Source of the DNA: Antedon mediterranea | Taxonomy: Eukaryota > Animalia > Echinodermata | DNA: 64,000 nucleotides | Direction: 5' to 3' | NCBI RefSeq assembly: GCF_964355755.1 | Contig: NC_092670.1 | Location: forward strand, 12,510,795-12,574,794 | In this document: positions 12,918 through 27,500 of the stretch, in pieces | Layout: each line of letters starts with the position of its first letter | Numbering within the stretch: position 1 is the stretch's first letter | Translations under genes and position numbers: made by a program | The notes under the pieces: generated by a model | Databases searched by the model: none | Seen by the model: only the letters and a program-made list of their open reading frames with translations | Told to the model about the DNA's origin: nothing

Positions 12918-13139
12918 AGCTTGGTTCCCACTAGAACGTAACGCAAGGACGTAAACGCAACGCAAGCGTTTTAACCAATGACAAGCGAAGTTATAGCAAA
13001 GCGTGGTTCCCACTAGCGACGCAACACAAGGACGCAACGCAAGTGAATTGACCAATCACATGGCTTATTCGCTTGTCATTGGTTAAAACGCTTGCGTTGC
13101 GTTTACGTCGTTGCGTTACGTTCTAGTGGGAACCAAGCT
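12918..13139. mobile_element. Composite MITE: reverse half-copy fused to a forward, internally deleted copy
   Basis: Reverse-oriented end at 12918-12999, then a new AGCGTGGTTCCCACTAG start at 13000 running to AACCAAGCT at 13139. Confidence 0.75.
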
Positions 13140-15539
13140 TTAGAGGTTTCAGATCCGGCGACGTTTGAACGCATAACAAGCTAACCCACAAGATTGTCTG
13201 TATTTGATAGCTTGATAGAGAAAATATCGTGTAAACAAAGCTGCAGGTATGTCGTTTTATTACCGCCCGTATTTTGATTTGATTTTTACAATGTAATCAT
13301 ATAAATTCCAGGATGTATCGTGAGGTAAATTTTTAATTTACTGCCTGTACAGTATTATAATACTAATATAACACTAAATTGGTATACAGTAGAACTCATA
13401 TAGGGGACATGCTTTCGTTACCTAACAAAGTGTCCTCTGAAGGGATGGCCCTTGAACATGGTTTGATCGTATTAGGCCTTGCATATTATTAATTCCCCTA
13501 TGTTCGTTTCACGGTAAACTTTCCCCTAGGAAATAGGGGTGAACTCTGCATAAAGGGTGTCCTTCCATTAAAATAGACTTGTCTCAAGGACGCGTTATAC
13601 TTTATAGGCCTACACATGTTATTACAGATCCCACGGTATTACTGCAACATAATGTAGGTTATTGCAAATAAGGCGAGTGTAATATTGATTCGAAACTCGT
13701 ACTATTAAATAATTCCCGCTTTCATCTAAATCCTTGTATTATGTAGAATTATTAAGTTTCCGAGATACTTAATCATCTCTCTAGACTACCTCCTGAACTA
13801 GTTTAAGCTACTATGTCAATCTAATACTGTATGACTGTATAACTGGTGCATACTACAATAAACGACATATGCTTGTAATGCTATTGCCACTAGGATTCAA
13901 TATTTTAAAATTACGGCCATATTGAGGAAATAATTATGTTCAATAAATCCAAAGGCTATGTAAAATACAATACAACATAACCCATCACGATTCAAAACCT
14001 TAATAATGACCAATTAAAATCGGCTAGCCTATTATGATGTATGTTCAAATCAAACCAATGGATTTCATATGTAGAGAGAATATTAGTGTAAATTGATATG
14101 ATAATGAGAGAGCATTCTGAATGAATCCAAATATAGTGATATGACGTCAATCAGAGCATTGTCATTTCTTCTGTTTATTTTCCTTTAGCTTTATATAAAT
14201 AAACGAAAAAATGATAAATTTGAAACGTAAGCAGCAAGAGAGAAAAGAAATCTTAAAGAAAACATTAATATTTTGAATGGATTCCGAAATAAAAGACCAA
14301 ATTGAATTAAAAAGCAGAATTAATATTTAATACTTATATAAATATATACTAATAACATACCCGCCTTGTATCAGGTATACTTGTTTCAATATATGTTTCG
14401 ATATTTCAAGTATTAAAAAAAATTCATTAACATAATACTGGCATTAGATATTCTGTACTACTAATATTAAATATCGATCATTGTTTGCTTTAGGTTCGAT
14501 AAATTAATGACTATTTTTTAATATAAATAATTAAAATAAATTATAGTTCTATGTATATAATTATTCATCAGAAACATTATTCAAAATGTTTTTAAATACA
14601 TCAATATATCCCTTCCTTAGTTATCTCCCACTCCCTTTTTTCTTATACCAATTTTCTTGCGCAACACGATTTCATAAAAAACATCATCCCAATATCAAAT
14701 ATTTGTTTCTTTTAAATTCCCAAGCCTAAAAAACTGTATATAAAATATCAGTTGGAACGTGGGAAGCAGATATGAAGAGATTTAAAATGATGTGCCCGTA
14801 AAGCGGATGTACTACTGTAGTGGTCCATACTAGGATTGAGAATCTTTTGAAAATTTCAAGTTTGAAGACATTTTAGCGTCGTGATATGGCAGTAAAAATA
14901 CAGTATGTAAAAACATCATGTAAAAACAAAAAATTACTATATGTGCATAGCAACTTCCACAGACTATGCAGAGTAGCAAAGGTCGTTGACCTTACTGTAT
15001 ATATCAATATGAATATTATGGAGGAAGTATTTTACCAACAAATAACTTCCCTTAAATATTAGGAATAGAACAAGGTATTAAAATATAACACACATTTTTG
15101 GCATTATGAAGAACACATGTTATAGTACAAAATACACCAGCAATGCTGAATAATAAAATGATGGTGTCTTTGATGTCTTTGCACAAAGGATATTTAGTAT
15201 TCTACCAATTTAGAAACCAATTTCGGACAATTAAGTGAGCTACAGAATGCTATAGTGTAAGATGTATGTAAATCTACACAAACTTGTCAAATATATTGAA
15301 TTTATCGATGTAATTGATAAAATATAGCTTTTGATTGCTCTAATTGTGTAATGGTTTTAATGCCTAGCTTTACGACTACTAGACAAGTGGTGTTTTTATT
15401 GTTTTATTTTCTTATTTTAATAATATCCGAATCAATTTATTGGCAAACTTTATTGGTAAAATCTGCCTCGGAAGAACATTGGTATCTGAAAGGATTTTCC
15501 AAACAACTTAACTGAAATTAAAACTTAACTGAAATGTGT

Positions 15540-18500
15540 CTAACTGCCAGCACCAGCTGCATACAGCAAGTTGCATTGGAAAAATTGTAAATATTGTATT
15601 GAGCAGGATCGACTTTGAAAACTTCCTAGAAGTTCTAATGACGACGAAGATTCACTTCTGAGGAAAAAATGAAATTTAACAATAACATAATAAAAAAAAA
15701 GATTTTAATTAGGTTTTTGCGTAAAAGTGTATTTAAATCATACATAACCATGGAGATATGATAATCTAGATTGATATTAGGTGATGACAAAAAGGTGGAT
15801 TATCATAATATTTTGAAAATTAATCACGATAAACATTTTTAATTTATATAGTTTGTGCTGCACTCCCTAAAACATTACAATGTAATTAATACATTTTTTC
15901 AATACAGTTTTAAGTACAGTTTACAAAATTAACTTGATTTTGTAAAATAGAGAGAGTACAGTAAAACAATAGAGACTTATGTGCGGGAGGTAAAGGTGTA
16001 TTGGTGAGCCGGGTTTCAAACTAGCATATCTGATTGGTTGATTTTTTTTAACGAATCCAACAGCGACAAACTCTAAACTAACTAAAATTTATCATACTTT
16101 TTCAAAGAGTCATGAGTCAGTATTGAACCCTTGACCTTGTCATTGGAAGGCAAGTAACCACAAAGATACAGCTTGTCCATGTTGTTTAAATCGATTCTAG
16201 TGGATAAATTTTACAAAAAGAAAAAAAAAACTTACTGATTTTGTCTGAATGTATTGCGTACATCCCATAATTTTAGAATATTGTCACTTCCACCTAAAAA
16301 AAACATAATGAAATGCAAGTTAAACAAATTGATAAATCTCAGAAATTAAGTAATTTAAAAATCTATCAATGGTATCCTCACACCAATCCAACATCACTGG
16401 CATGGCAGCCTCATCATCATCTAATCACAATGGATAAATACCACTAATTAGTTTCAAATTACCTGAGGCAAGCATAGCACCATTGGGACTAAAACTGAGC
16501 CCATAAACTGTGTTTGAATGACCCCGCAGTTCTTTTAAAAGTTGACCGGTTGCTAGATCCCATAAACGAATTCTACGATCTTCACCTACAATAACAAATT
16601 AATTTTTTTCTGTAATTGTGCTGTTATAATAAAATTGTTCATTCTTATATAGCATATATAAACAGAAACAAAAAAAATGCATTAAGTATTCCAAAACCTT
16701 ACCTGCTGACGCTAATACTTTTCCATCAGGTGAAAATTCAAGAGCATTAATTGAACCCTAAAAAGAATGGAAAAACAATATTAATACGACTATATAATTA
16801 TGTTATCATCATTACCAGGATCTTTTCATCATTACACATATTGATAGTGTAGACAGAGCTTAAAAACATATTTATAATGATTGTGTATTATACAAATAAT
16901 GAATGTTTATGAGTGTAATGGTACAAATAAAGATAACATGAGGTGAATGATGAAAGTTATATTTCAACGAGGCAAAGCCGAGTTGAAATATAACCTTTCA
17001 TCATTAACCAAATGCCATTATTTGTACCATTACATGAATATAAAAAATTCATTATTTGTTTATGTAACATCTAAATAGATTCCTGTCATTTGAATCAGAT
17101 TGAATAACCTTCACATTGTTAAAACAGTAAAATTTGGTTTTTAATAATATATTAGATATTATATTTCACGTCTATTTATTTAGATCCCAAAGTTTTATAG
17201 ATGTTCCCATTAATTAATCAAGATCATACGAACGATCTAAAACTAATTTAAATGCCTATTTTGTCTAAATTAATAAATATATCTCTCCAAAAATTCATAA
17301 CATTATATCGTCTTGGTGGAAGTACAAAATAGGTGGCGCTGTTGTATTTCAAAAGCAATAGTACAAACAAAAAATATTTTCCTACCAGATTTTTTTTCCG
17401 TACACAAAAAAAAGTACTATTGAACGACCGTTTAATAGTGCATACTGTTGCATGCCATGTGACCCAAAATCGTCCAATCAAATGACATGAATTTATTTAG
17501 GTGTTATATAAAAACTTTTAATACATTACCTTGTGACCTGTTAATATTCGCACACATTTCCCATCTTGTATACTCCACACACGAACAGTCTTATCACTCG
17601 ACCCAGTTGCTAAGTAATTGTTGTTGCTATGAAACCTAATACACTGAAAAGTAATAATAAAAATGAACATAATTATTAATGTTTTATAAATTTAATAATT
17701 AATTATATTCATTAAAACTAGACACAACACATTATTAAAATAAAATTGCATTTCTTAAAAAAAAAAGGTTTTGACTGTGGCAGCTCATGAGATGTACCAA
17801 TTGCTCAGATTGTCTCCCAATAACATAAAAAATGAAGATTATTTAAATCAGACTTTGAATGGGTTATTTTGTAGTTTAAATCAAGTTAATCACTTCCGTA
17901 AAAAAAAAACCGAAACAAATTATGTTTTCTCTTATAAAATGACAAAAATAAATGGTTAAATTTAACCAATTCAGCCAATTTGACTATTTTTTAAGGTAAA
18001 TAATTCTTTTTTTTTTTATCAAATTTTTGTTCAAAAGTGGATAACTATTATATGATATTGAAATGGCATATACAACAAAAATTGTAAAAAAATTTTTTTC
18101 AGGGGGGGGGGGGGAACAATACATCTTTAATAAAACCAAATTTACTTTAAAAAAAAAAAAAAAATAACAGCTTACATCAACATCTAAAAAATGCCCTGCG
18201 TAAATCCTCAATGGGTACAATCGTTCCAGTGACCAGAGCCGGGCACTACGGTCCTTTGACCCGGTCGCAAAGTAAATCCCCATCGGTCCCGAGTCAATGC
18301 ACCATACAGGATAATTGTGTCCTTTGTACGATGACGTGTTTGTGTATGTGTTCAGGTCCCATGAACGAACTAAATAAAATATATTTTTGATTTAACATAC
18401 ATTTTTCTTAATCTTTATAAATTGGACCCCTTTTTTATGGGAAGTTTATTTTCAGAATGTATTTTTAAGAATCAAAAAGAGTATAAAATTTATTTTTGGA

Positions 18501-21500
18501 AATTACAATTAACATACGTTTCTTTAATCTCTTATAAATTGGAAATTTATTTTCAGAATGTATTTTACTATAAAGAATATCCAAAAAACATGAAAAATGA
18601 AGATTAATTAATTCAGACTTTCAGAATAGTTTACTTTGATTAATCATCACAAATTAATCACTTCCATAAAAAAAATTCATTATATTTTCACTTATAAAAT
18701 GACAAAATAAATGGTTACATTTAACCAAAAAACCCAATTGGAAAAATTCAATAAATTAATTTTATTGTAATAAAAAGTAATTAAAATAAAAAAATTGTTT
18801 TCTTTTATTTATCTAAAGGTTGATTGTGTTTATATTTACATACCTGTGGAGTCTTCAGAACATGAGAGTAGTAAATTTGAATTTTTTAGAAATGTACAAT
18901 CGTATACAGGACCACTGTGTCCACGCAGAGTCTTGCTGTCACTGCCAACACTGTTAACAAATATAGATAGTATAATAGCATGTCTAGATTTACATATTAT
19001 AGTACTTGGTAGATTATTATAGAATTTTTGACACATCAATATACAAAAAATACACTTTTTATGCGAGAAGGGTATATATATTTTTTGCCATAGTACCCCT
19101 TTTTCATTATAAACGTACGCATAAGCCTAAACGAGATCTTTGCCTATAACAATAATAAATAATAATAATAATTTATTAGGAAATGACACCTTTGCATCGG
19201 TGGCACACACAGAAGTGGTGCATCCAATTTAACATAATACATCAAAACAATACATTATATGACGGATACAGGTTCTTAAACTGTTTGCAAAAATATAAAA
19301 GAAAAATCATTACCAACATGGTAATATAGGTACTGTATTAAATTGTCCTACAGTATCATAGGTTTGAGTTGATAAAGAGGTATATAAAAATAAACATAAA
19401 ATATAGTAAAGAGTTTACATTACAAACCATTGTGTTTCAACATCAGGTACTGATGACCTATAGTTGTTATCACAGGTGTATACTATTTACAAATCTAAAT
19501 ACAAATATATAAAAGCAACAATACAAAAGAAAAATAATCTATATATTGGGAGATTTAAGTTATGACCGTTTCTCCCATGCAGCTCTTGTGTATTGTTTAC
19601 AAAACAAATCAAAAAAGGTCTCAGATTCTTTACAAATCGCGATAGAATCTCCACCTAAAATATACTGTAATTTATCATCAGCAGTTGCTGTTGTGTAACG
19701 ATTCCATGTGTCATAATCATTACAGAGTACAAGATTATTTTGTAGATTGGATAATTCTTTCATTCTAATATTTTTTTGATAAATAAAATAAATATGTATT
19801 TATCTTTACCTTTCAGCTTCTAATTTCTCTTCTATAAATTCACCAGCAACATGAATTTTGCTAACATCTGCTGCCCTCTGTTGCCTCTTAAGTTTTTTGG
19901 ACGTTAGACTCCACACCTGCAGGCTGGAGTTTTCAAATCCCCCACAGAGCAACTGAGCATCATGGGATAGAGATGTGCAAGCAAGTCTACAAGTAAAATC
20001 AAATGCTAAAGTAAAAACAAACTAAAAATATAATACTGTAGTAAATAGTTTTAATTTGCTTGAGAATTGATAAAACTGCAAATAATTATTCATTACATGA
20101 AAACTTTTATTTAAAGATGTATTTTCTCTTGAGACAAAAAAAAATGTCTATGCTGACAAACCCAAACTGCAAATACAGGATTTTGGGAAAAAAAGGGGAA
20201 TAAGGGGTGAGGAGGAATAAGATATGGGGGAACCCATCCTAAAGGCCATTTTGTACACCTTTCTACAGCCAGGGCTTGATTGCCCTCTGATTCAACTATG
20301 ATCTCAGCCTGTATCCACCCAAATAATACACTCACCTCTGATTTGTATTGAGTACTGTATAATGGCAGATGGATGGCATAGAAGGAGGCCCTGTCTGGAC
20401 CTTATGAATTACATGATCAAGAGAGCTTGTGTGTGCAGACTTTTTCTCCAGACTCTCCTGTTTCTTTATTAGATGTGGATGCATTTTGCCTTCTTCTGGT
20501 GAAGCAGTGTTAGAAGAATCTGTCACTGAAAAAAATAACAACAGATTTATCAAACGTAAATTTTACTGTAAAAGGCAATAATTAAATGGTAGATTTGGGT
20601 TTAAAAACATTCAATCTATTGGATGTAAAGTAAAATAGTTTGATTCAACTAACCAATATTGGTACCCACTACAGGTTGGTGTACAGTGATCAAATTCTAA
20701 ACATATTTATAAAAACTTCAACGCGCTATGTACTACCCCTAATTGTGAGGTTGGAGTCTAGCAATGCTCAGCATGTGATCAATCGTGTCAAACCATAAGT
20801 GTGTTCGGATTGTGGATTCGAATCCAACGCTCATTCCAATGCTCGTATACTTAGGCAAGACATTTCCATTCAACTTTATTCACATATAAAATACATACAG
20901 TACAATATGTGAAAAGGAGCTAAAATCTTATGTTGGTGTGTTATGTGTACAAATGGGTACCTTGTGCATTAAGGGATGAGACACAATTGGCACTTAGTGT
21001 TATAATATAGAGAATTGTTACCTTCTAATGCAATGTGTTGGTCCAGACATTTTATAAGTACAGTACTGTTACAACATTGGAGAAACCTAAGCAGGTAATC
21101 TAGTACTTGATTGTCAAACTTAACCACTGCTTTACCTTCCCTGCAAGATAACATTGTTATAAATAAATGGGTGTGGTGTTTCTCATTTAATAATTTACAG
21201 TAATATATGTTTACTCTTAACTGATAATCACATTAAATGTCTCTTCGTAATATAAATAAATTCAAACAACCAAAAAAACAAAACAAAGCGCTTTAAAAAT
21301 TGTCCAATTTTGTACATGGTCGATATCCTTAACTAAAAAAAGTATTGGCATATAGGAGTGTCTCTAGAATAGTATTAGTAGTATTTTCACAGGAGGAGTT
21401 CCCTGAATATGGGTGTCCCTTTAATAGAGGTGTCCTAAAGGTGCGTTCCACTGTAGTAACTTAAATTTCAATTCACCTGAATGACTCTACAGCAGGATTC

Positions 21501-24500
21501 ATTAAAATGTCCATGCGGTCAACGATTCCTGATAGCAGTCCGATGAGGTGTTGCTGATGAGGTTCAACGGCAAAATCTTGGCTGTGTTTCTCATAAAAAA
21601 TTTTAGCTGTAAAAATGAGAAATTTGTTTTAAAATAAACATCATTTAGACTAAATATCTATAGTAGGAAACCAAGTGTTTTTTATGAAACAGGTTTTGCC
21701 AGTAATATTTGCAAGGCTAAGTTGGCACCAACCAGTATTAAAAATCACCTAGGATGTGGTACATATATTGGCAAAAACTCTGGGTGTTACTCTGAATAGG
21801 GCTATTTCAAAAGAGGGGTTCTTATGAAGTCAATTAGTGTCAACTTACCTGCTACTTTCTGTCCAGCGTAAATCATGTCAAGAAAAAGGTGTACAAAAAC
21901 TGGAAAGTACAACTGCTTTAAAGAAGCCTAGGAAAGTTAATACATCCATGGGTTAAAGAAACATAATTCAAACACACCTAGAACATTATCATTTTTCTTA
22001 AATAATTTTTATAAACTTTTTTTCCAATACAAACCTTATAATCTTCAATAGCCCCATCAATAAAAAGTTTAAAACATTTGTACTGCTCTTCATAAACAGT
22101 AGTGTCATTTTCACTGAAAGAAAAAATGTTTCTTATTTAATAACACTCAATTTAATATCATAACATCAGGTTGTCACATTCCTGCAGGCTGCTCTGTGAG
22201 GAGTATTTAGCTTTTCATGTCGAAGAGTTCTAATGTTAACCTGGAACTGAAAATATCCAGGATTGGGAGAGCTTAGTCATGTTTACACATACCATATGCT
22301 TTGAAACATGATAGTTAAAAATGCATGTATGTCCACATAAAAAATGATCGCAATTGTCTCAAGTATAGATTATTTTCAGATTCCTAGAAAACTCTAAAAA
22401 AATGTCGCGCTTGACTGGTCATGACTGCTTGTCATCTCTGCAAGATGGCTTCCGTTGCACATCATGTATACCGGGATGGCCCATTTTAAGGTCCACAGAG
22501 TTTTGAACCCCCAAATTCCAAAAAAGTTGTGAAAGTTTGTATGTAAAAAAGGTTAACAATTATTACTGTACCAGGAGGCATTGGATATAGCCCGTGAAGC
22601 CCCAGCAATTCCCAATAGTAGCTCATCTGTTGCCATAGAAACAATGTCTTGAGCAAGGGGTATTTCAGTTTGATTAGAACCTTCACAATCCTGTAATAAG
22701 AAAATATGAAGTTATCTTTTCATCAATTGACCTACTACTAGCCTAGGCCTATAACCTTAGCCTAGCCGGATCAGGTGCCGTTTTCGGCCACCTCGACTTA
22801 TATGGACTATACCATTATTATGATAGGGGTGTGGTGGATTATGTTTTATGTACAGAAGGTTGTCTATTGAATGGGAAGACAATACAATTGTTCTGTTATG
22901 TAACCTACAGTACAAACAACAAGGTAAAATACAGAACATCAAAAACTAGCAATGCATGTACTTTTTATAAGGCATGTTATTATTAGGTACTGTGTTATAG
23001 GGAATGCCAAGATCTTGTAACAATTACTATATTAACTAAAGATATTTTAAATAAAACAAATTTTATAGACAAATTTAATGAAGAACCATCTACTAACTGG
23101 ATAAAGCCATTTAGGAAAAATAATAAACAAGTTGATCATAACAAGTAGGAAGTGTTTGACGTTTTGGCAGTGGCATTTGGAAGAGGTAACATGAAAAGTG
23201 TAGGCATCCCTTTGATTAGCTTTGATATTGTTTCTAAATAACACCTACACCCAAATTGCTATTCACAATAACACAATTAAATAAAAATTAATTGTCCAGC
23301 ACTCCCACTTTACAATGGTAAAGTCCATTGTTGGGTGGCTTTTTACAATGGTGGCTTTTTACAGGGGTGGCTTTTTTCCGATTTCCCATAACAGGTGGTT
23401 TTCAAAGGCCCAAAGCAAAACGAAATTCCATGCAAAACAACGTTTAACGGAATATACTATGTATAAAGGAACCAAACCTTGAACAATATTTGTTAGATAA
23501 AACAAATTTTTTAAGAGTATCAATTTAAAATTTAAAGAAAGATCAAACTCTCTAGATCTTGAGGGTCGTAGACAATCCTGGTCAAATCATACGGTAACAC
23601 AGGATTATGTAAGATGTGTACAGTACTAACGAAAAAGAAACCGTAAACAATTTTTTATTTAAATGTTCTTCATTAAACTCTGTTAGACAATAATTAAGTA
23701 TGTTAATTGTGGACCTCAGGAATTAAAACACCACTTTATGCTAGACAATTTATTCACTGAAAATGAAACATTAGGAAAAATCTTTGATTTTTATTGTAAA
23801 AAATATTTAATGAAAGCATGGGTTACTAGATCTACAATGTTATCAGCATTACCTCTCTCAACAAATTGATTAATATAGTAACCAAGCTACAGACATCTCT
23901 ATGAGGATGTATCTGTATGTTTTATTTATTTATTAGGCCTATCCTGTATTTTTGTTGTTCTGTTTTTATTTTTGTAGTTATATATATTGTACAATTTACG
24001 TATTATGTATTTTCATACAGATCTAATTAATTAATTTTTTTACATTTTGTTTTGATGTTATGTATTAGTATTTAGAACTTTGTGGCTTATGTTATTTGTA
24101 ATTTTGTCTGTAAATTGGATGCACCATTAACTGATAAATGTGTGACACCGATATAAAGGTGATTCCTATGAATAAATAAATAAATAAAAAAACTATATAA
24201 GTAGGTATACTTACTTACTTATATAAAAACTAAACTAAACACTACAGTATAACCAAAATTAAAGCATATTAAATACTAGGCCTATGTTATTCCTATCTGG
24301 ATTTAAACACTTTAAATTTTAGTACAATCGGATTCGAAATTAGAAAATCTTAAATACTACAATACAATCGGAATTAAAAAATCCTAAATACTACAGTACA
24401 ATCGATATTAAAATATCCTAAATACTATATTACAATCGGTTAAATTACCTAAACTCTATAATGTTGTGAAATATGTAAAAGAATATTGGAAAATGCATTC

Positions 24501-27500
24501 CAATCGGCCCAATCCTATTGGTAGATAAATCATATTCAACTAAACATAAATAAAACGAAAGAAATAAGGATCGGATTTTCGAAAACATAATTGGTCAGAT
24601 AGTATACATTAATTAAAGTAAAGGAAGTAGAGATTGTTAACAATTATAAGTATCTGGGAGTAGTGTTTGACTAAAGCTAAATGGGTGGACATGATCGTAG
24701 TTAAGAAGTTAATTACAAGGCTGTACTGCTTGAGGAAACTCGGTTCTTTGGGGTAAAGCAGGATATTTGTACTATAGAATGTTTATGTTTTTGCCGATGT
24801 ATTCCATGCTATATTGGAAGACACCAATCAATCCTCTTCATGGCGACATTATCAGCTCCGTTTTGCATTCGCTATTATAACGTTTTGATGCAAATGTTGT
24901 TCAATTAGAACATGTATTTCTACACAGAAACGTTTAAAAACGTGTTTAAAACATTTTAGAAAGACCAAACCTAAAAACATGCAATGTCAAACGCTGTGTT
25001 TTCTGGGAACAAAATGGTACAGATTCATTGACAAAATTATAATGTTTATTTGTTTTACTGATTACCTAATAATCAGGGAGTATGGTCGAAGCGGCCGCCA
25101 ACCAAAGCGGCCGCCAGTTTAATATCGTCATTTGTATGGAACGCCATGTGCGCTTTAATCTTTGATTGTCGTTGTCAACGCCATGGCCTATGGCGAGTTG
25201 AGTTACAGCTGTATGTATGGTCAAACCAATAAATATAAGCCAAATCATGTACTATCGAATCTTTATATTTCTATAATAATTAAGTTTGCCTGCCGATAAA
25301 TCAATGTATATTTTATTTGTATTTTAATATTAACTAACTAAATATATTTACATATACTATCGAATCATTAATAATTTACGTTTGCATCATAATCTACATA
25401 CTATATTGAACCTTTATGTCTCATTTACGTACTATTTATTTGTTTATTTATATCTCCTTTTTTTTAAATACATAAAAAATAACGTTGAACTGACATGACC
25501 TGACGTTTCTTGAGCACTCTCCTATCGAATCTTCATACAGTATTGCATTAATAATTTACGTACGGTATTGCCGAATATTTATATCTCATTTACATATTAT
25601 CGAATCTTCATACAGTATTGCATTAATAATTTACGTACGGTATTGCCGAATCTTTATATCTCATTACATACTATCGAATCCTTATACAGTATTGCATTAA
25701 TAATTTACGTAAGGTATTGCTGAATCCTTATATCTCATAGAATCTTTTTACAGTATTGCAATAATAATTTACGTACTACGGTATTGCCGAATCTTTATAT
25801 CTCATTTACATACTATCGAATCTTTATACAGTATTGCAATAATAATTTACGTACGGTATTGCCGAATATTTATATCTCATTTACATACTATCAAATCTTT
25901 ATACAGTATTGCAATAATAATTTACGTACGGTATTGCCGAATATTTATATCTCATTTACATCGAATCTTTATACATTATTGCAATAATAATTTACGTACG
26001 GTATTGCCGAATTTTTATATCTCGTTTAGTTTACACTGTACTATCGAATCTTGTTTTTATTGATTAGTAATAGGGTGTGTTATACATTTAAGTGTTATTC
26101 CATTGTAATACATTGTTTGTGTTTTCAATAAAGCAACGTAAAGACGAAAACGCGACCTTCTACAGCACTATTCCTAGCCGGCCGCCAGTCGAGTTATTAG
26201 CAGAAATTCGCGTAATTAATTACCGTACCGTACAGACACTTGCATCTTATTTTATTATTTAAAACTCATTTTAAATTGATCAATATTTATATATCTGAAG
26301 GTATAAAACAATTTAGGATATTAAATAAATAAATTGATGTCATCATGTTATTGTAATTAAATTATGTTTGCGAACACGTACTACTTTAGTTACTTTACTA
26401 ATATATTAATATACAATAACAAATATATATATATTTTGTTATACTTTATTGAAAAAATATATATATTATTCTTAATAATTGGCTTATTATATTAATATAC
26501 AATACAAACACCACAATGTATTTTATTGACTTTATTAAACATATAGGCCTATATCATTTAGAACAGTTAAATTAAGTAATCATCGATTCGCCATTTCGTT
26601 TAAAAGAACGTATCACATTCAATCTGTAAAAAAAGAGAATAAATTAGATAATATTAATAATGTAGGTTGTTATTTACGAAATACGTCCGAGGAAAAGAAA
26701 ACCTGTCGATCGAAACAATGACAATCAAAAATTACAAAACAACGACAATCAAAGCGCACACGGCGTTCCATACAAATTACCGTTATTGAACTAGCGGCCG
26801 CTTCAACCGTAATCCACTAATCCATAATCAGTATGTGATAAATATACTACTGTCATCGTTATCAAATGTCTACTGTGTTATCGTTAGGTAAATTATATTT
26901 TTTATTTGTAACTGGAATAAAAACTTTCTTTATATATACTTTCTGTATCTATAAATCTGTAAAAATTATATAGGCCTAGAAATAAAGAGCCAAATAGCAT
27001 AATATACTGCATTAACTTGAAAACTGAAATTAATTCTACAGCATGCAGGGCGTAGTTGTTTTCCCTTTGTTGCTGAAACAACAAGAAAAACAAAAGAACA
27101 AAAGAAGCAGTATTTTAACACACTCAATTAATAAATGGGACACCCTTATTTTCCCATCTTTTTATAATGGTATCGTATAGGCTAGGCCCTAGTCCATACA
27201 AGTCGAGGTGGCCGAAAACGGCACCTGATCCGCCTAGCCAAGTTTTCTATTGGCCTTGCCATGTGCTTAACAAAAGCACACAACTTCTCTGCCTACTCTC
27301 CTATGCGCTTAGCTAGGCCTAGTGAACCTTTCCTAAAATGGAAAGAAGCGCCTGCTAGAGGCGAGTCTAGCTACGTAACACAATCTCTCACATCACACTG
27401 TGTGTGCTAGTCCTAGCCTAGGCCTACATCCTACCATTCTAGCTCAAAATAAATCGGCTTTTATTGACATATGAATGTTATACTAACCACAAACTGTCTC

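Larger units (their letters stand above)
22763..27236. mobile_element. 4.47-kb TIR-bounded composite (Academ-like termini) filling TAF5L intron 1
   Basis: 47-bp inverted pair at 22763-22809 and 27190-27236 (45/47 identical). Outer termini TAG...CTA, flanked on both sides by GCC (22760-22762 and 27237-27239). Confidence 0.6.
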
